From NCBI GenBank assembly GCA_020852375.1, contig JADZAY010000003.1, positions 6-64,005 on the forward strand: a stretch of 64,000 nt of DNA, in the 5' to 3' direction. The position numbers were made by a program, and so were the translations under genes. Numbering within the stretch: the stretch's first letter is position 1; each line of letters opens with the position of its first letter. Source of the stretch: Candidatus Yanofskybacteria bacterium (GTDB lineage: Bacteria; Patescibacteriota; Minisyncoccia; 2-02-FULL-40-12; GWA2-44-9). The notes under the pieces were generated by a model. It had not been told where the DNA came from. It saw only the letters and a program-made list of their open reading frames with translations, and did not search any database. Positions 36,678-49,504 of the stretch are shown here, piece by piece.

Positions 36678-39542
36678 ATGGATATCACACCGCCGCCAGT
36701 CAGGTCAGCACGCTCGCGTACGAGCGCTCGAGAGCACACCGACGATCGCCCCGTCGCGCCGTCGGGCTTTGCGTGGGAGCGCCGCTTCGGAAACGGAGCG
36801 CATCCCTACGATGAGGTTCAGTGGGAGCGTCGCGATGCGCGCATTACCAAGATGGACGGTACGGTGGTGTTCGAGCAGCGAGAGATCGAGACGCCAGCGT
36901 TCTGGAGCCAGACGGCGACTGATATCGTTGCGAGCAAATATTTCCGCGGGCAGCTGGGGACACCTGAGCGTGAGTCCAGCGTCCGGCAGATGATCGATCG
37001 TGTTGCGAAGACGATCGGATTCTGGGGTCTGAAGGGCGGGTATTTCGCATCGGCGGATGATGCTGAGCGATACACGGAAGATCTCACGTGGCTGTTGGTG
37101 AATCAGTACGTCTCGTTCAATTCTCCGGTGTGGTTCAATGTCGGGGTCTACGACAAACCGCAGTGCTCGGCGTGTTTCATTCTCTCGGTAGATGACACGA
37201 TGCAGAGCATTCTCGAGTGGTACCGCGACGAAGGCATCATCTTCAAGGGAGGATCAGGATCGGGCGTGAACATTTCCCGCCTTCGGTCGAGCAAGGAACC
37301 GCTCTCGAAGGGTGGGTTCAGCTCGGGTCCCGTATCGTTCATGAAGGGTGCTGATGGCGTCGCGAATACGATCCGTTCCGGTGGGACCACTCGGCGGGCC
37401 GCAAAGATGGTGGTGATGAACGTCGATCATCCGGATCTCAAGGACTTCATCGACAGCAAACGTATCATTGAGGAATACAGCAAAGCGCTGGTGGCGAGCG
37501 GTATCAGTAACTCGCTCGACGGAGACCTGTTCTCACCGTATACGCTGCTGCCGTATCAGAATGCGAACAATTCGGTGCGCGTCACCGACGAGTTCATGCG
37601 CGCTGTTGAGGCCGACGGAATGTGGGAGTTTAAGGCGGTCACGACCGGAAAGACGATCGAACGGGTCCGTGCTCGGGAGGTCATGCAGTGGATCGCCGAT
37701 GCCGCATGGCATTCAGCAGACCCTGGCATGCAGTACGATACGACCATCAACCTGTGGAACACCGCCGCGAATACCGGGCGCATTAATGCATCCAATCCGT
37801 GCTCGGAGTACATGCACCTCGACAACAGCGCGTGCAACCTTGCTTCGCTGAACCTTTTGAAGTTCCTGCGCTCGGACGGGACCTTCGATACACACCTGTT
37901 CCGACATGCAGTCGACACCATTATTCTCGGGCAGGAGATCATCGTGGGGTACTCGAGCTATCCGACCGAGAAGATCGGGAAGAACGCGAACGATTTTCGC
38001 GAGCTCGGTTTGGGCTATGCGAACCTGGGGGCGCTGCTGATGGCTATGGGGCTTCCGTACGACAGCGAGCGGGGACGCCTCCTTGCTGGGCAGATCACAT
38101 CTCTGATGAGCGGACAGGCATACCGCATGAGCGCTCGTGTCGCCGATGTAAAGGGACCCTACGCCGGATACGCGGTAAACAAGGAGCCACAGCTGAACGT
38201 GATCGACATGCACCGTGCTCATGCCGACGAGCTCTACGAGCGCGCAGCCCAAGCACAGGTCGGTGACCGAGGACTCCAGGCCGCATCGCGCGTGGTGTGG
38301 CATGAGGCCCTCGAGCTCGCGCGGGAATACGGGGTGCGTAACTCGCAGATATCAGTGCTGGCTCCGACGGGGACGATCGCGTTCATGATGGATTGCGCAA
38401 CGACGGGCGTTGAGCCAGAGCTTGCCCTGGTGAAATATAAGAAGCTGGTCGGTGGTGGCGTGCTGAAGCTGGTGAACACGCAGGTTCCTTCGGCACTCGC
38501 CAATCTCGGATACACGGATGACCAGATCTCGGCTATCAGCGACTACCTCATCGAGCGGGAAACCATCGAGGGGGCTCCGTTCCTAAAGGAAGAGCATTTG
38601 CCGGTGTTCGATTGCTCGTTCAAGCCCGCGAACGGATCTCGATGCATTAGCCATATGGGGCACCTCCGCATGATGGGAGCCGCGCAACCGTTCATTTCTG
38701 GCGCAATCTCGAAGACCATCAACATGCCGCACGATGCGACGGTTGAGGATGTATATGATGCGTATATGCAGGGTTGGAAGCTCGGTTTGAAGGCGATTGC
38801 CATCTATCGGGACGGTTCCAAAGGAGTTCAGCCGCTGAATACGAAGAAAGAGGAAGTCAAAGGAGCCGCTCCTACTGAGGCGAGCTCGCCGGCGAATCTG
38901 GTCGAGAAGCTTAACGGATACACCCGTATCCATCTTCCTGATGAGCGACCGGCGCTGACGCATAAGTTCTCGGTAGGCGGGTACGAAGGATATATGACCG
39001 TGGGGCTGTATCCAGATACCAAGAAGCCCGGAGAGCTGTTCCTGATCGCGGCAAAGGAAGGAAGCACCATCAGCGGATTACTTGATACCATCGCCACGCT
39101 GGTGAGCATGTGCCTCCAGTCCGGTATGCCACTGAAAACGCTGGTGCGGAAATTCAAAGATACGAGCTTCGCTCCGGCGGGGTTCACGAATACGCCTGAC
39201 GTTCCCGTTGCAAAGAGCATCACCGACTACGTGTTCCGATACCTCGGTATGCGTTTCCTCGATCGGGAGGATCGCGAGGAGCTGTTCGGTCCGGCGCATG
39301 ATAGCGAGCATGCCGCTCCGCAGGTCGAGGTCGTTTCATTTGCGAGGCCCGCTAGCATAGAGGGCGGCGCGGTCGATGCTGTGGCGACCCCGCCCGCCGC
39401 TGTCGGCGCGGCCATGCGTCCCGCGACGCTGACTGCAACGAATGCGGATGCCCCGGTATGCCAGTGCGGGACGCTGATGTTCAAGGCCGGCTCGTGCTAC
39501 TCGTGTCCGAACTGCTTCGCAACCACGGGAGTGTGCAACTAG
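36678..39542 (+). CDS. nrdJ: Class II (adenosylcobalamin-dependent) ribonucleotide reductase
   Basis: DEVQWERRDARIT..VFEQREIETPAFWSQTATDIVASKYF N-terminus, NPCSEYMHLDNSACNLASLNL active-site region and a C-terminal Cys tail. Start set at ATG 36678 (upstream track extension looks non-coding). Confidence 0.88.
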   Translation: MDITPPPVRSARSRTSAREHTDDRPVAPSGFAWERRFGNGAHPYDEVQWERRDARITKMDGTVVFEQREIETPAFWSQTATDIVASKYFRGQLGTPERESSVRQMIDRVAKTIGFWGLKGGYFASADDAERYTEDLTWLLVNQYVSFNSPVWFNVGVYDKPQCSACFILSVDDTMQSILEWYRDEGIIFKGGSGSGVNISRLRSSKEPLSKGGFSSGPVSFMKGADGVANTIRSGGTTRRAAKMVVMNVDHPDLKDFIDSKRIIEEYSKALVASGISNSLDGDLFSPYTLLPYQNANNSVRVTDEFMRAVEADGMWEFKAVTTGKTIERVRAREVMQWIADAAWHSADPGMQYDTTINLWNTAANTGRINASNPCSEYMHLDNSACNLASLNLLKFLRSDGTFDTHLFRHAVDTIILGQEIIVGYSSYPTEKIGKNANDFRELGLGYANLGALLMAMGLPYDSERGRLLAGQITSLMSGQAYRMSARVADVKGPYAGYAVNKEPQLNVIDMHRAHADELYERAAQAQVGDRGLQAASRVVWHEALELAREYGVRNSQISVLAPTGTIAFMMDCATTGVEPELALVKYKKLVGGGVLKLVNTQVPSALANLGYTDDQISAISDYLIERETIEGAPFLKEEHLPVFDCSFKPANGSRCISHMGHLRMMGAAQPFISGAISKTINMPHDATVEDVYDAYMQGWKLGLKAIAIYRDGSKGVQPLNTKKEEVKGAAPTEASSPANLVEKLNGYTRIHLPDERPALTHKFSVGGYEGYMTVGLYPDTKKPGELFLIAAKEGSTISGLLDTIATLVSMCLQSGMPLKTLVRKFKDTSFAPAGFTNTPDVPVAKSITDYVFRYLGMRFLDREDREELFGPAHDSEHAAPQVEVVSFARPASIEGGAVDAVATPPAAVGAAMRPATLTATNADAPVCQCGTLMFKAGSCYSCPNCFATTGVCN

Positions 39543-39554
39543 CCTCTCGGATTC

Positions 39555-39587
39555 ACAGAAAACCGCCCCATCGGCGGTTTTCTGTTG
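39555..39587 (+). terminator. Rho-independent terminator after nrdJ
   Basis: cagaaaaccgcc-ccat-cggcggttttctg followed by ttgc. Confidence 0.7.
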
Positions 39588-39629
39588 CTTTTCTCCCGGG
39601 AAATGGCACAGTCGGTACGGAGGTGTCGC

Positions 39630-40013
39630 ATGATGCGGGATGTGATCGGCGCAGTCGTGCGTGTCATGTTCTTCGGTTTCCTCACGCTCGTGACGCCCGT
39701 GCTTTTTCTCGCCGCATCGTTTCAGGCGCGGTATGTGTGGAGTGGTGCCCCGGATGTCGGGTCAATGATTACCGGCCTCGTCATGGGCATTCTGTTCGGT
39801 GTTCTGGGGCTGTGGGGCCTCGTTGTCGGTCCGTCGTGCCTGCCGCGGATGTGGTTCTTGATTGTCGCGATCGGGAGCACGGTCTTCGGTGTTATCAGTT
39901 GGGATATTGCTGTGTCGGCTGGGCAACTGGTGCCAGTCGCCGGAGTGCTCTTTCTCGTCCACAGCCTGTGGGCGTGCTACATCTATTTGCGCTCCGCACC
40001 GGCCTCCTCGTGA
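39630..40013 (+). CDS. Small polytopic membrane protein, hypothetical
   Basis: 4 TM segments. SD GGAGGT 5 nt before ATG 39630. Confidence 0.5.
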   Translation: MMRDVIGAVVRVMFFGFLTLVTPVLFLAASFQARYVWSGAPDVGSMITGLVMGILFGVLGLWGLVVGPSCLPRMWFLIVAIGSTVFGVISWDIAVSAGQLVPVAGVLFLVHSLWACYIYLRSAPASS

Positions 40014-40051
40014 GGCCTTTTTATTTGCGCATCCGACTATGACGCGGTAGG

Positions 40052-41605
40052 GTGTGCGCCATGCGACCGAGCGTTGAACGAGGAAATACTGAGGCCGACA
40101 GGCCGAATATGCATCGATCCAACTTCGTCCTCCTCGCGCTTATGGGGTTCCTCGGCGGCATCGCGCTGGCATCCTATGGCGCGTTGGGGGAGTTCTGGCC
40201 GTTTGCATTCACGCTATGCGGCGCAGTGTGTATGCTCGCTCGTACTCCGCGGTGGATAGCGGTCGGCGGTGTGCTTCTTGGTGCCGCGCTCGGCATTTGG
40301 CGAACGACGAGCGCGTTAGCCGCGCCATCGCCGTTCTGGGATCTTGCGGGTGAAAAAGCGCGGGTGACCGTAACGGGATTTGCGGCGACCGACCTCGAGC
40401 CGACCGCATCAGGCGGGAGATATATATTCCGCGCATTCGCCATCGGTGATACGGGACAGGCCGTTCCGGTGAACGACCGAGTGATGGTCATCGGACCCGA
40501 TTGGATCCGTCCGCGCCAAGGACAGGTGTTTTCCATCACGGGAACTTTGCAGCGCCCCACGAACAGTGCGGATGATTTCGATTACATCGCGTACCTTGCG
40601 AAAGAAGGAGTGCATGCACGGATGTATTTTCCGAGCTACGCCATCCTTCCGAGCGTAGCAACGCCGTTCCGATTTCGTCTGCAACTGTTCGTTGAGGAGC
40701 GGCTTGCGGCGGTCCGCGCCGGAGTGGTGAGCGCTATCGACCGAGCGGTGCCCCAGCCGATGGCGGCGTATCTCGCAGGCATACTGGTGGGAGCTAGGGG
40801 GCTGATCACCGGCGATCTGAAGGATATATTCGCTCGAACCGGGACGAGCCACATTCTCGCCATCTCCGGATACAACATCACGATCATTGCGGCGTTGGCG
40901 ATGCGAATGTTCCGACCGCTTGGTCGGCGGCGAGCGTATATCGGAACGGTTACCGGGGTCATCTTGTTCGTAGTACTCGTCGGTGCGGGGGCGTCGGTGG
41001 TACGCGCCGCGATCATGGGACTGTTGGCGTTGAGCGCGCAGCAGCTCGGGCGCACGCAATCGGCTGCTATCGCGTTAACGGTCTCCGCTGCGGCAATGTG
41101 TTTGGTTAATCCGATGCTCCTGCGGTGGGATGTCGGGTTTCAGCTTTCCTTTCTGGCGGTTGTCGGGATCATCTACGGCGAGCCGTTGCTCAAACCGTTC
41201 CTTGCGCGGATCGTTCGGTGGGAAGCGCTTGGGTCCATGATCGCGACGACGCTTGCTGCGCAGGTCGCTGTTCTTCCGCTGATCCTCCATGAGTTCGGGA
41301 CGCTTGCGGTCTACACGCTTCCCGTGAATGTGCTCGTCCTGCCGCTGGTGCCGGTCGCGATGGCGCTGGGGTTCGCGACGGCGATTGGCGGTATGATCGC
41401 GCCATTCCTCGGGCAGCTCATCGGACAGAGCGCGTGGTTGGTTGCGGCATATCAGCTGACGGTGATCCGTTGGTTTGCTGGGTTCCCATACGCCGCAGTG
41501 GATGTGCACCTGAACGGGGTCGCCACGATTGCGATGTACGCCGGACTTGTCGGGATGTGTATTGCCGTGTATCGTAGGCGCGTAGCAATACCTCAAACGG
41601 CGTGA
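40052..41605 (+). CDS. comEC: ComEC/Rec2-family DNA internalization channel (competence domain, no beta-lactamase domain)
   Basis: TGTSHILAISGYNITIIAALA competence motif. Polytopic. Confidence 0.85.
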   Translation: MCAMRPSVERGNTEADRPNMHRSNFVLLALMGFLGGIALASYGALGEFWPFAFTLCGAVCMLARTPRWIAVGGVLLGAALGIWRTTSALAAPSPFWDLAGEKARVTVTGFAATDLEPTASGGRYIFRAFAIGDTGQAVPVNDRVMVIGPDWIRPRQGQVFSITGTLQRPTNSADDFDYIAYLAKEGVHARMYFPSYAILPSVATPFRFRLQLFVEERLAAVRAGVVSAIDRAVPQPMAAYLAGILVGARGLITGDLKDIFARTGTSHILAISGYNITIIAALAMRMFRPLGRRRAYIGTVTGVILFVVLVGAGASVVRAAIMGLLALSAQQLGRTQSAAIALTVSAAAMCLVNPMLLRWDVGFQLSFLAVVGIIYGEPLLKPFLARIVRWEALGSMIATTLAAQVAVLPLILHEFGTLAVYTLPVNVLVLPLVPVAMALGFATAIGGMIAPFLGQLIGQSAWLVAAYQLTVIRWFAGFPYAAVDVHLNGVATIAMYAGLVGMCIAVYRRRVAIPQTA

Positions 41606-42105
41606 GCCGTATTTCTATGACCATGAGCAAACCGAATCCGAAGGAACGCACCCTTGTACTATTGAAGCCCGATGCCGTCCAGCGCGGGATCGTCGGCGAG
41701 ATCATCGACCGATTTGAACAGAAGGGCATCAAGCTCGTCGGCATGAAGTTCATGAAGCTGTCGGACGCGATTCTGGACCGGCACTATGCGGAGCATAAGG
41801 GCAAGCCTTTCCTTCCGAAACTGAAAACGTTCATGCGGAAACTTCCGGTTGTTGCGTTGGCGCTTGAGGGCCTTGAAGTGGCGCGCGTGGTGCGCGCCAT
41901 GTGCGGTCCTACCGATGGGAAGAACGCTCCGGCCGGTACGATCCGCGGGGACTACAGTATGTCTCGTTCGACAACCGTTGTGCACTCATCGTCCGATGCG
42001 AAAGCGGCGAAGCGGGAGTTGGCGATCTTCTTCAAATCAGCGGAGATCGTTTCATGGGAGCGTCCGGATGCGGACTACTTCTATGCCGCGGATGAGCTGA
42101 ACTAG
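41602..42105 (+). CDS. ndk: Nucleoside diphosphate kinase
   Basis: ERTLVLLKPDAVQRGIVGEII...NAPAGTIRGDY...HSSD. Start is either the ATGA overlap at 41602 or M at 41623. Confidence 0.9.
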   Translation: MSRISMTMSKPNPKERTLVLLKPDAVQRGIVGEIIDRFEQKGIKLVGMKFMKLSDAILDRHYAEHKGKPFLPKLKTFMRKLPVVALALEGLEVARVVRAMCGPTDGKNAPAGTIRGDYSMSRSTTVVHSSSDAKAAKRELAIFFKSAEIVSWERPDADYFYAADELN

Positions 42106-42296
42106 TATCCGTTCTGGTCCTTGCTTGCGGGGTGATGGGCGGGGAGTACACTAGGGGTAGCTCGGGTCAGTACCGCATAAGCCTTAGGACAACTCATCAA
42201 CTCAGGGAGACTCATATCAGCCCCGATGCCTTGCTGTGTCGGGGGTGCGGTCACCCACTAGCACATCATGCTGAGTTGCTTATGCGGACATTGCTC

Positions 42297-42331
42297 GAGC
42301 CATCAAAACATCCCCATGCGGGGATGTTTTG
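42297..42331. terminator. Bidirectional terminator between ndk and cupin gene
   Basis: aaaacatcccc-atgc-ggggatgtttt. Confidence 0.7.
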
Positions 42332-42340
42332 ATGCATTGG

Positions 42341-42733
42341 CTATTCAGTGGTCACGCCGTCGAAGTGCTCTTCGGTGACATCTGCTTTCGTGTGGTGCAC
42401 GGTACCGTCCTTGTGCTCCGGGGGAGAGTAGATGCTGTAGAGTTTCAGGTCGATATCGCCGGTGTTGATGAAGTTGTGTTTGGTGCCGGCCGGAACGACG
42501 ACCGCCCACGCGTCTTTGATGTCATGCTCAACGCCATCGAGAATGGCTTTCGCTGTTCCCTGTTCGAGCCGGAGGAACTGGTCCAGGTGATGCACCTCTT
42601 CGCCGATCTCCTGGCCTGGCGGGATGGACATGAGAACGAGCTGGCTGTTTTTTGCGGTGTAGAGGACTCTGCGGAAGTCGGTGTTCTCGAGCGTTGCCTG
42701 TTCGATATTGGCTACGTATCCGTTCATAGACAT
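42341..42733 (-). CDS. Cupin-domain protein
   Basis: G(x)5HxH...E...G...P.G..H..N cupin motifs (EEVHHLDQF ... VVVPAGTKHNFINTG). Confidence 0.8.
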   Translation of the reverse strand: MSMNGYVANIEQATLENTDFRRVLYTAKNSQLVLMSIPPGQEIGEEVHHLDQFLRLEQGTAKAILDGVEHDIKDAWAVVVPAGTKHNFINTGDIDLKLYSIYSPPEHKDGTVHHTKADVTEEHFDGVTTE

Positions 42734-42768
42734 GAGATAGTTTTTACGATAGAATCATACCGCAAATT

Positions 42769-42839
42769 CGGGCTGTGGTATAACGGTATTACGCATGGCT
42801 GGGGGTCATGTAACCCGGGTTCAACTCCCGGCAGCCCGA
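42769..42839 (+). tRNA. tRNA-Pro (anticodon GGG)
   Basis: CGGGCTG-TG-GTAT..., anticodon arm CATGG-CTGGGGG-TCATG (U33, GGG) and T-arm CCGGG-TTCAACT-CCCGG. Acceptor 3' CAGCCCG plus A. Confidence 0.7.
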
Positions 42840-43082
42840 CAGAGGTGATATTCGGAGGTTGGTGATGACACACGCTGGTCGTCGTTGGAAGGGGGCTCTT
42901 TTCAACTACTTCGATGCGGCACGCGATTGGATGCTGGTGTTCCTCGCGGTGGGGATCGGAAGAGGGGCCGCTTGGGTTGGGTTGCGGAAGGTGAGTGGCG
43001 CTCGTTTTTGAAGTGGGGGGGATTGTATGTTCCGTCCCGTGTGATACTGTTGCCTCCGTAGCGGAGTAATAAATACAACTAT

Positions 43083-43406
43083 ATGAACGAGGCGTCGCCG
43101 CTGCATAGTTTGGTGCACGAGGTCGGGGAGGTGAATGTTCGTTTTGCGAAACTTCCAGAATATATGCAAGAATACGCCCGTGCTCAAGGGTGGGATTCGC
43201 TTTCACTATCACAGCAGAGCGATGAAATCGCGAATATTGAGTATGGAATGTCTTGGGCGAATCGAGCGGGGTCAGCTGATGTCATAGAGGAAGAGATTCG
43301 TTCTGAGAAGTACGACAAGCTCAGGTTCAATCAGTTCAAGGGCGGTCTTGATCTCGAGAAAGCGAAAGCCGCTGCGGTCGCGTACTTGGAGCACGCAAGT
43401 AAATAA
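43083..43406 (+). CDS. Hypothetical protein
   Basis: 107-aa ORF followed by terminator aaaccgcccc-aaag-gggcggtttt (43428-43455). Confidence 0.4.
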   Translation: MNEASPLHSLVHEVGEVNVRFAKLPEYMQEYARAQGWDSLSLSQQSDEIANIEYGMSWANRAGSADVIEEEIRSEKYDKLRFNQFKGGLDLEKAKAAAVAYLEHASK

Positions 43407-43427
43407 GGTTTATTGCTGGTAGGACAC

Positions 43428-43455
43428 AAAACCGCCCCAAAGGGGCGGTTTTGTT
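43428..43455. terminator. Bidirectional intrinsic terminator
   Basis: aaaccgccccaaaggggcggtttt. Confidence 0.7.
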
Positions 43456-43464
43456 GTGGGGGAG

Positions 43465-43650
43465 CTAGGAGCTCTTCGCGACGGTCTTAATACAGTCAGT
43501 GCAGAGCTTGATGCGCTTGCCATCGACGCGGGCCCACTGGAGGTTCGGTTTCTTGCGGCTTTTGCCGGTCGGGTTGTAGTTGCCGCGCAAAAGGACACGG
43601 CTGGTGACCATGCGGGAACCCTTATGGCATCGGGGACATTTGACGGCCAT
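43465..43650 (-). CDS. rpmB: 50S ribosomal protein L28 (Zn-ribbon form)
   Basis: 61 aa. CPRC...CTDC zinc ribbon. TGKSRKKPNLQWARV resembles the L28 core. Confidence 0.7.
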   Translation of the reverse strand: MAVKCPRCHKGSRMVTSRVLLRGNYNPTGKSRKKPNLQWARVDGKRIKLCTDCIKTVAKSS

Positions 43651-43698
43651 GGATAGTGGAATAGTTACGTACGAACGACTGATGCCTGGCTATGGTAT

Positions 43699-44352
43699 AT
43701 GAAAAGTGCTATTTTGGCAAGAGATACCATGGACGCCCTCGGAATCACTATCTTCCGTGTCGTTGTACTCATCTTTTCGGTCGTCATCCACGAGGTGTCG
43801 CACGGGTTTATGGCGCGCTCGCTTGGCGACCCGACCGCCGAGCGGCTGGGGCGTCTTACACTGAATCCGCTCCGTCACCTTGACCCGTTCGGGTCGGTAG
43901 TGCTCCCGCTGTTCCTCATTCTCACCGGATCGCCGTTCCTGTTCGGGTATGCGAAGCCGGTGCCCTACAATCCGAGCGCATTACGCGACCGCGTGTACGG
44001 TCCCGCGAAGGTCGGCGTTGCCGGTCCGCTGGCAAATATCCTCCTTGCAGTCCTCGCGGCTGCCGCGGTGCGATTCTTGGGCGGCATGCTGTCGCCGTTG
44101 GCTGTGTCCCTTATGATCTACGTAGTGTGGGTGAACCTGGTGCTTGCGGTGTTCAATTTGATCCCGGTGCCCCCGCTTGACGGACACTGGCTGCTGGTGT
44201 CGCTCCTCCCGTCCCGTCTCATTGCGCTGAAGATCGCGCTCTACCGGTATCAGTGGGTACTCCTTGCCGTGGTGGTGTTCATTCTTTTCCCCATGCTTGC
44301 CCCGGTGCTGATGAGCGTCCTCAGGCTGTTGACAGGCGCTTCGCTCTTCTGA
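43699..44352 (+). CDS. M50-family (site-2 protease-like) zinc metalloprotease
   Basis: HEVSH (HExxH) within a TM helix, a second-motif region LDG, and polytopic topology. Confidence 0.75.
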   Translation: MKSAILARDTMDALGITIFRVVVLIFSVVIHEVSHGFMARSLGDPTAERLGRLTLNPLRHLDPFGSVVLPLFLILTGSPFLFGYAKPVPYNPSALRDRVYGPAKVGVAGPLANILLAVLAAAAVRFLGGMLSPLAVSLMIYVVWVNLVLAVFNLIPVPPLDGHWLLVSLLPSRLIALKIALYRYQWVLLAVVVFILFPMLAPVLMSVLRLLTGASLF

Positions 44353-44492
44353 TACACTTGTCCCTGCCACAATTTCGTGTTGGGAGTAGGATTTTTTGTT
44401 GTTTGGGATTTGTAGAGGCAAAGCTCAAACAGGCAGAATTACTGCCCGAAGGGCTACGGCAATTCTGAGTTTCATTGATTCATTTCAAGACT

Positions 44493-44915
44493 GTGCCGAC
44501 ATTCAACCAAATGATGCGCCGCCCCCGGCGGACCGCAAAAGCAAAGACCAAATCGCCTGCGATGGCGCTCGGTTTCAATGTATTGAAGAACCGCCCGGTT
44601 CGTTACCCGGCTCCGTTCAAGCGCGGCGTGTGCGTGAAGGTGACCACCACGACCCCGAAAAAGCCGAACTCGGCACTCCGCAAGATCGCTCGCGTACGCT
44701 TGAGCAATGGCATGGAGGTCACCGCATACATTCCCGGTATTGGACACAACCTGCAGGAGCACTCCGTGGTCATGATCCGCGGTGGGCGTGTGAAGGACCT
44801 TCCGGGAGTTCGCTACCACATCGTGCGTGGCATGCTTGATGCCGCCGGTGTCGAGGGGCGCCGTCAGGAGCGTTCGAAGTATGGCGTGAAGCGCCCGAAG
44901 AATCCTGCGAAATAA
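44493..44915 (+). CDS. rpsL: 30S ribosomal protein S12
   Basis: (V/M)[12 protein letters not shown]...[10 protein letters not shown]...[17 protein letters not shown] start inferred. Confidence 0.95.
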   Translation: MPTFNQMMRRPRRTAKAKTKSPAMALGFNVLKNRPVRYPAPFKRGVCVKVTTTTPKKPNSALRKIARVRLSNGMEVTAYIPGIGHNLQEHSVVMIRGGRVKDLPGVRYHIVRGMLDAAGVEGRRQERSKYGVKRPKNPAK

Positions 44916-44933
44916 CCGTCATCTCTTTTTTCG

Positions 44934-45410
44934 ATGCGTCGACCTATCTCAAAGAAGACCGAACTCCAGCCCGACCAGAAGTACTCCAGTCTGCTGGTTG
45001 CGAAGCTGATCAACCAGATCATGAAGTCTGGGAAGAAATCCATCGCGTCGCGTATCGTCTACGCAGCGCTTGATCGAGCCGCCGAAACCACCAAGAAGAC
45101 GGCGATGGAAGTGCTTGACGCCGCCATCTCCAATGCGGGACCGACCATGGAGCTGAAGAGCCGCCGTGTCGGTGGCGCGAACTACCAGGTTCCTATCGAG
45201 GTGCGCCCTGAGCGGCGTGTGCAGCTCGCGCTTCGCTGGATGATCGACTCCGCTCGGAATGGCAAGGGCCGCGGCATGGAGGAGAAGCTCGCCGAGGAAT
45301 TCGTGAACGCGTTCAACAACGCCGGTAACGCTGTGAAGAAGAAGGCCGATGTGCACCGCATGGCGGAAGCGAACCGAGCCTTCGCGCACTTTGCCTGGGG
45401 GAATAAATAA
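44934..45410 (+). CDS. rpsG: 30S ribosomal protein S7
   Basis: Classic S7 sequence and str-operon position. Confidence 0.95.
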   Translation: MRRPISKKTELQPDQKYSSLLVAKLINQIMKSGKKSIASRIVYAALDRAAETTKKTAMEVLDAAISNAGPTMELKSRRVGGANYQVPIEVRPERRVQLALRWMIDSARNGKGRGMEEKLAEEFVNAFNNAGNAVKKKADVHRMAEANRAFAHFAWGNK

Positions 45411-45424
45411 GTCCGTTTCGTTCG

Positions 45425-47533
<2,109 letters not shown>

Positions 47534-47536
47534 TCC

Positions 47537-47821
47537 ATGGATATCAGACAGCTACGAGCATTGGTACAGGAACACGGTTCGGTGGTGCTGGTCGAGGAGG
47601 GGCACCAGCCGCTCATCGTGCGTCCTCTGCGAGCGGTCGAAGAGCCGCCCCAAGAGGTCCCGATCGCGGCACGCTGGCCGAAGAGCCGACCACACGGCGT
47701 TGCGTCAGATGCTCCGGCGAGCAGACAGGACGCAGTACTGGAGCGGCTCAATAAGGAGATCCTGGCGCTCCGTGAGCAGATAGCCCAGGAAGAGGCGCAG
47801 GCGGAGGGGAGTCGGGGGTAG
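47537..47821 (+). CDS. Small hypothetical ORF inserted between fusA and tuf
   Basis: 94-aa ORF starting 4 nt after the fusA stop. No motif. Could be spurious in a GC-rich spacer. Confidence 0.35.
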   Translation: MDIRQLRALVQEHGSVVLVEEGHQPLIVRPLRAVEEPPQEVPIAARWPKSRPHGVASDAPASRQDAVLERLNKEILALREQIAQEEAQAEGSRG

Positions 47822-47850
47822 TTGACTGAACAAAGCAATCCGTATAGAAT
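47822..47850 (+). promoter_or_regulatory. Sigma70-like promoter upstream of tuf (TTGACT-17nt-TAGAAT)
   Basis: ttgactgaacaaagcaatccgtatagaat. Confidence 0.5.
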
Positions 47851-47945
47851 TAAGAACACTAATTGTGCGATGCCGCTAGACCACTGGCGCACACCATGGC
47901 GACACTGGTCTGGTGAAAGTCTTCCGCATCGCACGTACTACACAC

Positions 47946-49142
47946 ATGGCAGACGCATTCGATCGTAGCAAGCCACACGTCAACATTGGTACCATTGGCC
48001 ACGTTGACCACGGAAAGACCACCCTCACGGCAGGTATCCTGCACGTGCTGGACATGTACAAAGATGAGGGCTATGGCGCTCGCGTTGAGGCCATCGACTC
48101 CATCGACAAAGCTCCGGAGGAAAAGGCCCGCGGTATCACCATTCAGCTCCACCACTCGGAGTACTGGACGCCGAACCGCCACTACGCACACATCGACGCT
48201 CCGGGACACGCTGACTACATCAAGAACATGATCACGGGAGCCGCCCAGATGGACGGCGCGATCCTGGTTGTTGCTGCCACGGACGGCGCAATGCCGCAGA
48301 CCCGCGAGCACATCTTGCTTGCGAAGCAGGTCGGCGTTCCGTACATCATCGTCTTCCTGAACAAGGTGGATATGGTGGACGACAAGGAAATGCTCGACCT
48401 CGTTGAGGCTGAGCTGAAGGACCTGCTCGCAAAGTATGGCTTCACCGATTCTCCGATCATCCGCGGTTCGGGCCTGAAGGCTCTCGAGGGTAAGTCGAAG
48501 GATGATGAGTACGTGAAGGCGGTCAAGCAGCTCATCGACACCTGCGACAGCTACATCGCCGAGCCGAAGCGCGAGACGGACAAGCCGTTCCTCATGCCGG
48601 TGGAGGACATCTTCACCATCGAGGGTCGCGGTACCGTTGTCACTGGCCGCATCGAGCGCGGTATGTGCAAGGTCAACGATGAAGTCGAAGTCGTCGGTCT
48701 CCGCCCGACCCAGAAGACGGTCATCACGGGCATCGAGATGTTCAACAAGTCGCTCAACGAGGGTCTCGCAGGCGACAATGCCGGTATCCTTATCCGCGGT
48801 CTGAAGAAGGAAGATGTCGAGCGCGGACAGGTGCTTGCGAAGCCGGGTTCTATCACCCCGCACACCGAGTTCGAGGCCGAGATCTACGTTCTGACCAAGG
48901 AAGAGGGTGGCCGCCACACTCCGTTCTTCAAGGGCTACAAGCCGCAGTTCTACTTCCGCACCACGGATGTTACCGGTGAAGTGTTCCTCCCGGAGGGTTC
49001 CGAGATGATCATGCCGGGCGACACGGTGACCGTGAAGGTGGTCCTTATTGCCCCGATCGCTATGGAGGAGAAGCTCCGCTTCGCTATCCGCGAGGGCGGT
49101 AAGACCGTCGGCGCCGGTGCGGTTACGAAGATCAGCAAGTAA
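47946..49142 (+). CDS. tuf: Elongation factor Tu
   Basis: [10 protein letters not shown]. 398 aa from ATG 47946. Confidence 0.97.
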   Translation: MADAFDRSKPHVNIGTIGHVDHGKTTLTAGILHVLDMYKDEGYGARVEAIDSIDKAPEEKARGITIQLHHSEYWTPNRHYAHIDAPGHADYIKNMITGAAQMDGAILVVAATDGAMPQTREHILLAKQVGVPYIIVFLNKVDMVDDKEMLDLVEAELKDLLAKYGFTDSPIIRGSGLKALEGKSKDDEYVKAVKQLIDTCDSYIAEPKRETDKPFLMPVEDIFTIEGRGTVVTGRIERGMCKVNDEVEVVGLRPTQKTVITGIEMFNKSLNEGLAGDNAGILIRGLKKEDVERGQVLAKPGSITPHTEFEAEIYVLTKEEGGRHTPFFKGYKPQFYFRTTDVTGEVFLPEGSEMIMPGDTVTVKVVLIAPIAMEEKLRFAIREGGKTVGAGAVTKISK

Positions 49143-49166
49143 TCACACCTCCATTCGCTCTTTGCC

Positions 49167-49493
49167 ATGGCCAAGAAAACCGACAAACAAGAAGCACGCA
49201 TCCGCATCAAGCTCCGTGCGTACGACAACAAGATCATCGATAAGTCCGCGCGACAGATCGCGGACACGATCGAGCGATATGGCGGCAAGCCGGTAGGACC
49301 GGTACCGCTCCCGACCGAGATCTCAAAGTTTACGGTTAACCGCGCGTCGTTCATCGATAAACACTCACGCGAGCAGTTCGAGATGCGCATTCACAAGCGG
49401 CTCATCGATATCCACGGGCCAACCCCGAAGATCATCGAGTCGCTCACCAACCTTGCCCTTCCGGCAGGGGTGGACATCGAAATCAAGATGTAG
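49167..49493 (+). CDS. rpsJ: 30S ribosomal protein S10
   Basis: [20 protein letters not shown]... classic S10. Confidence 0.95.
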   Translation: MAKKTDKQEARIRIKLRAYDNKIIDKSARQIADTIERYGGKPVGPVPLPTEISKFTVNRASFIDKHSREQFEMRIHKRLIDIHGPTPKIIESLTNLALPAGVDIEIKM

Positions 49494-49504
49494 TCGACGG
49501 CCAT

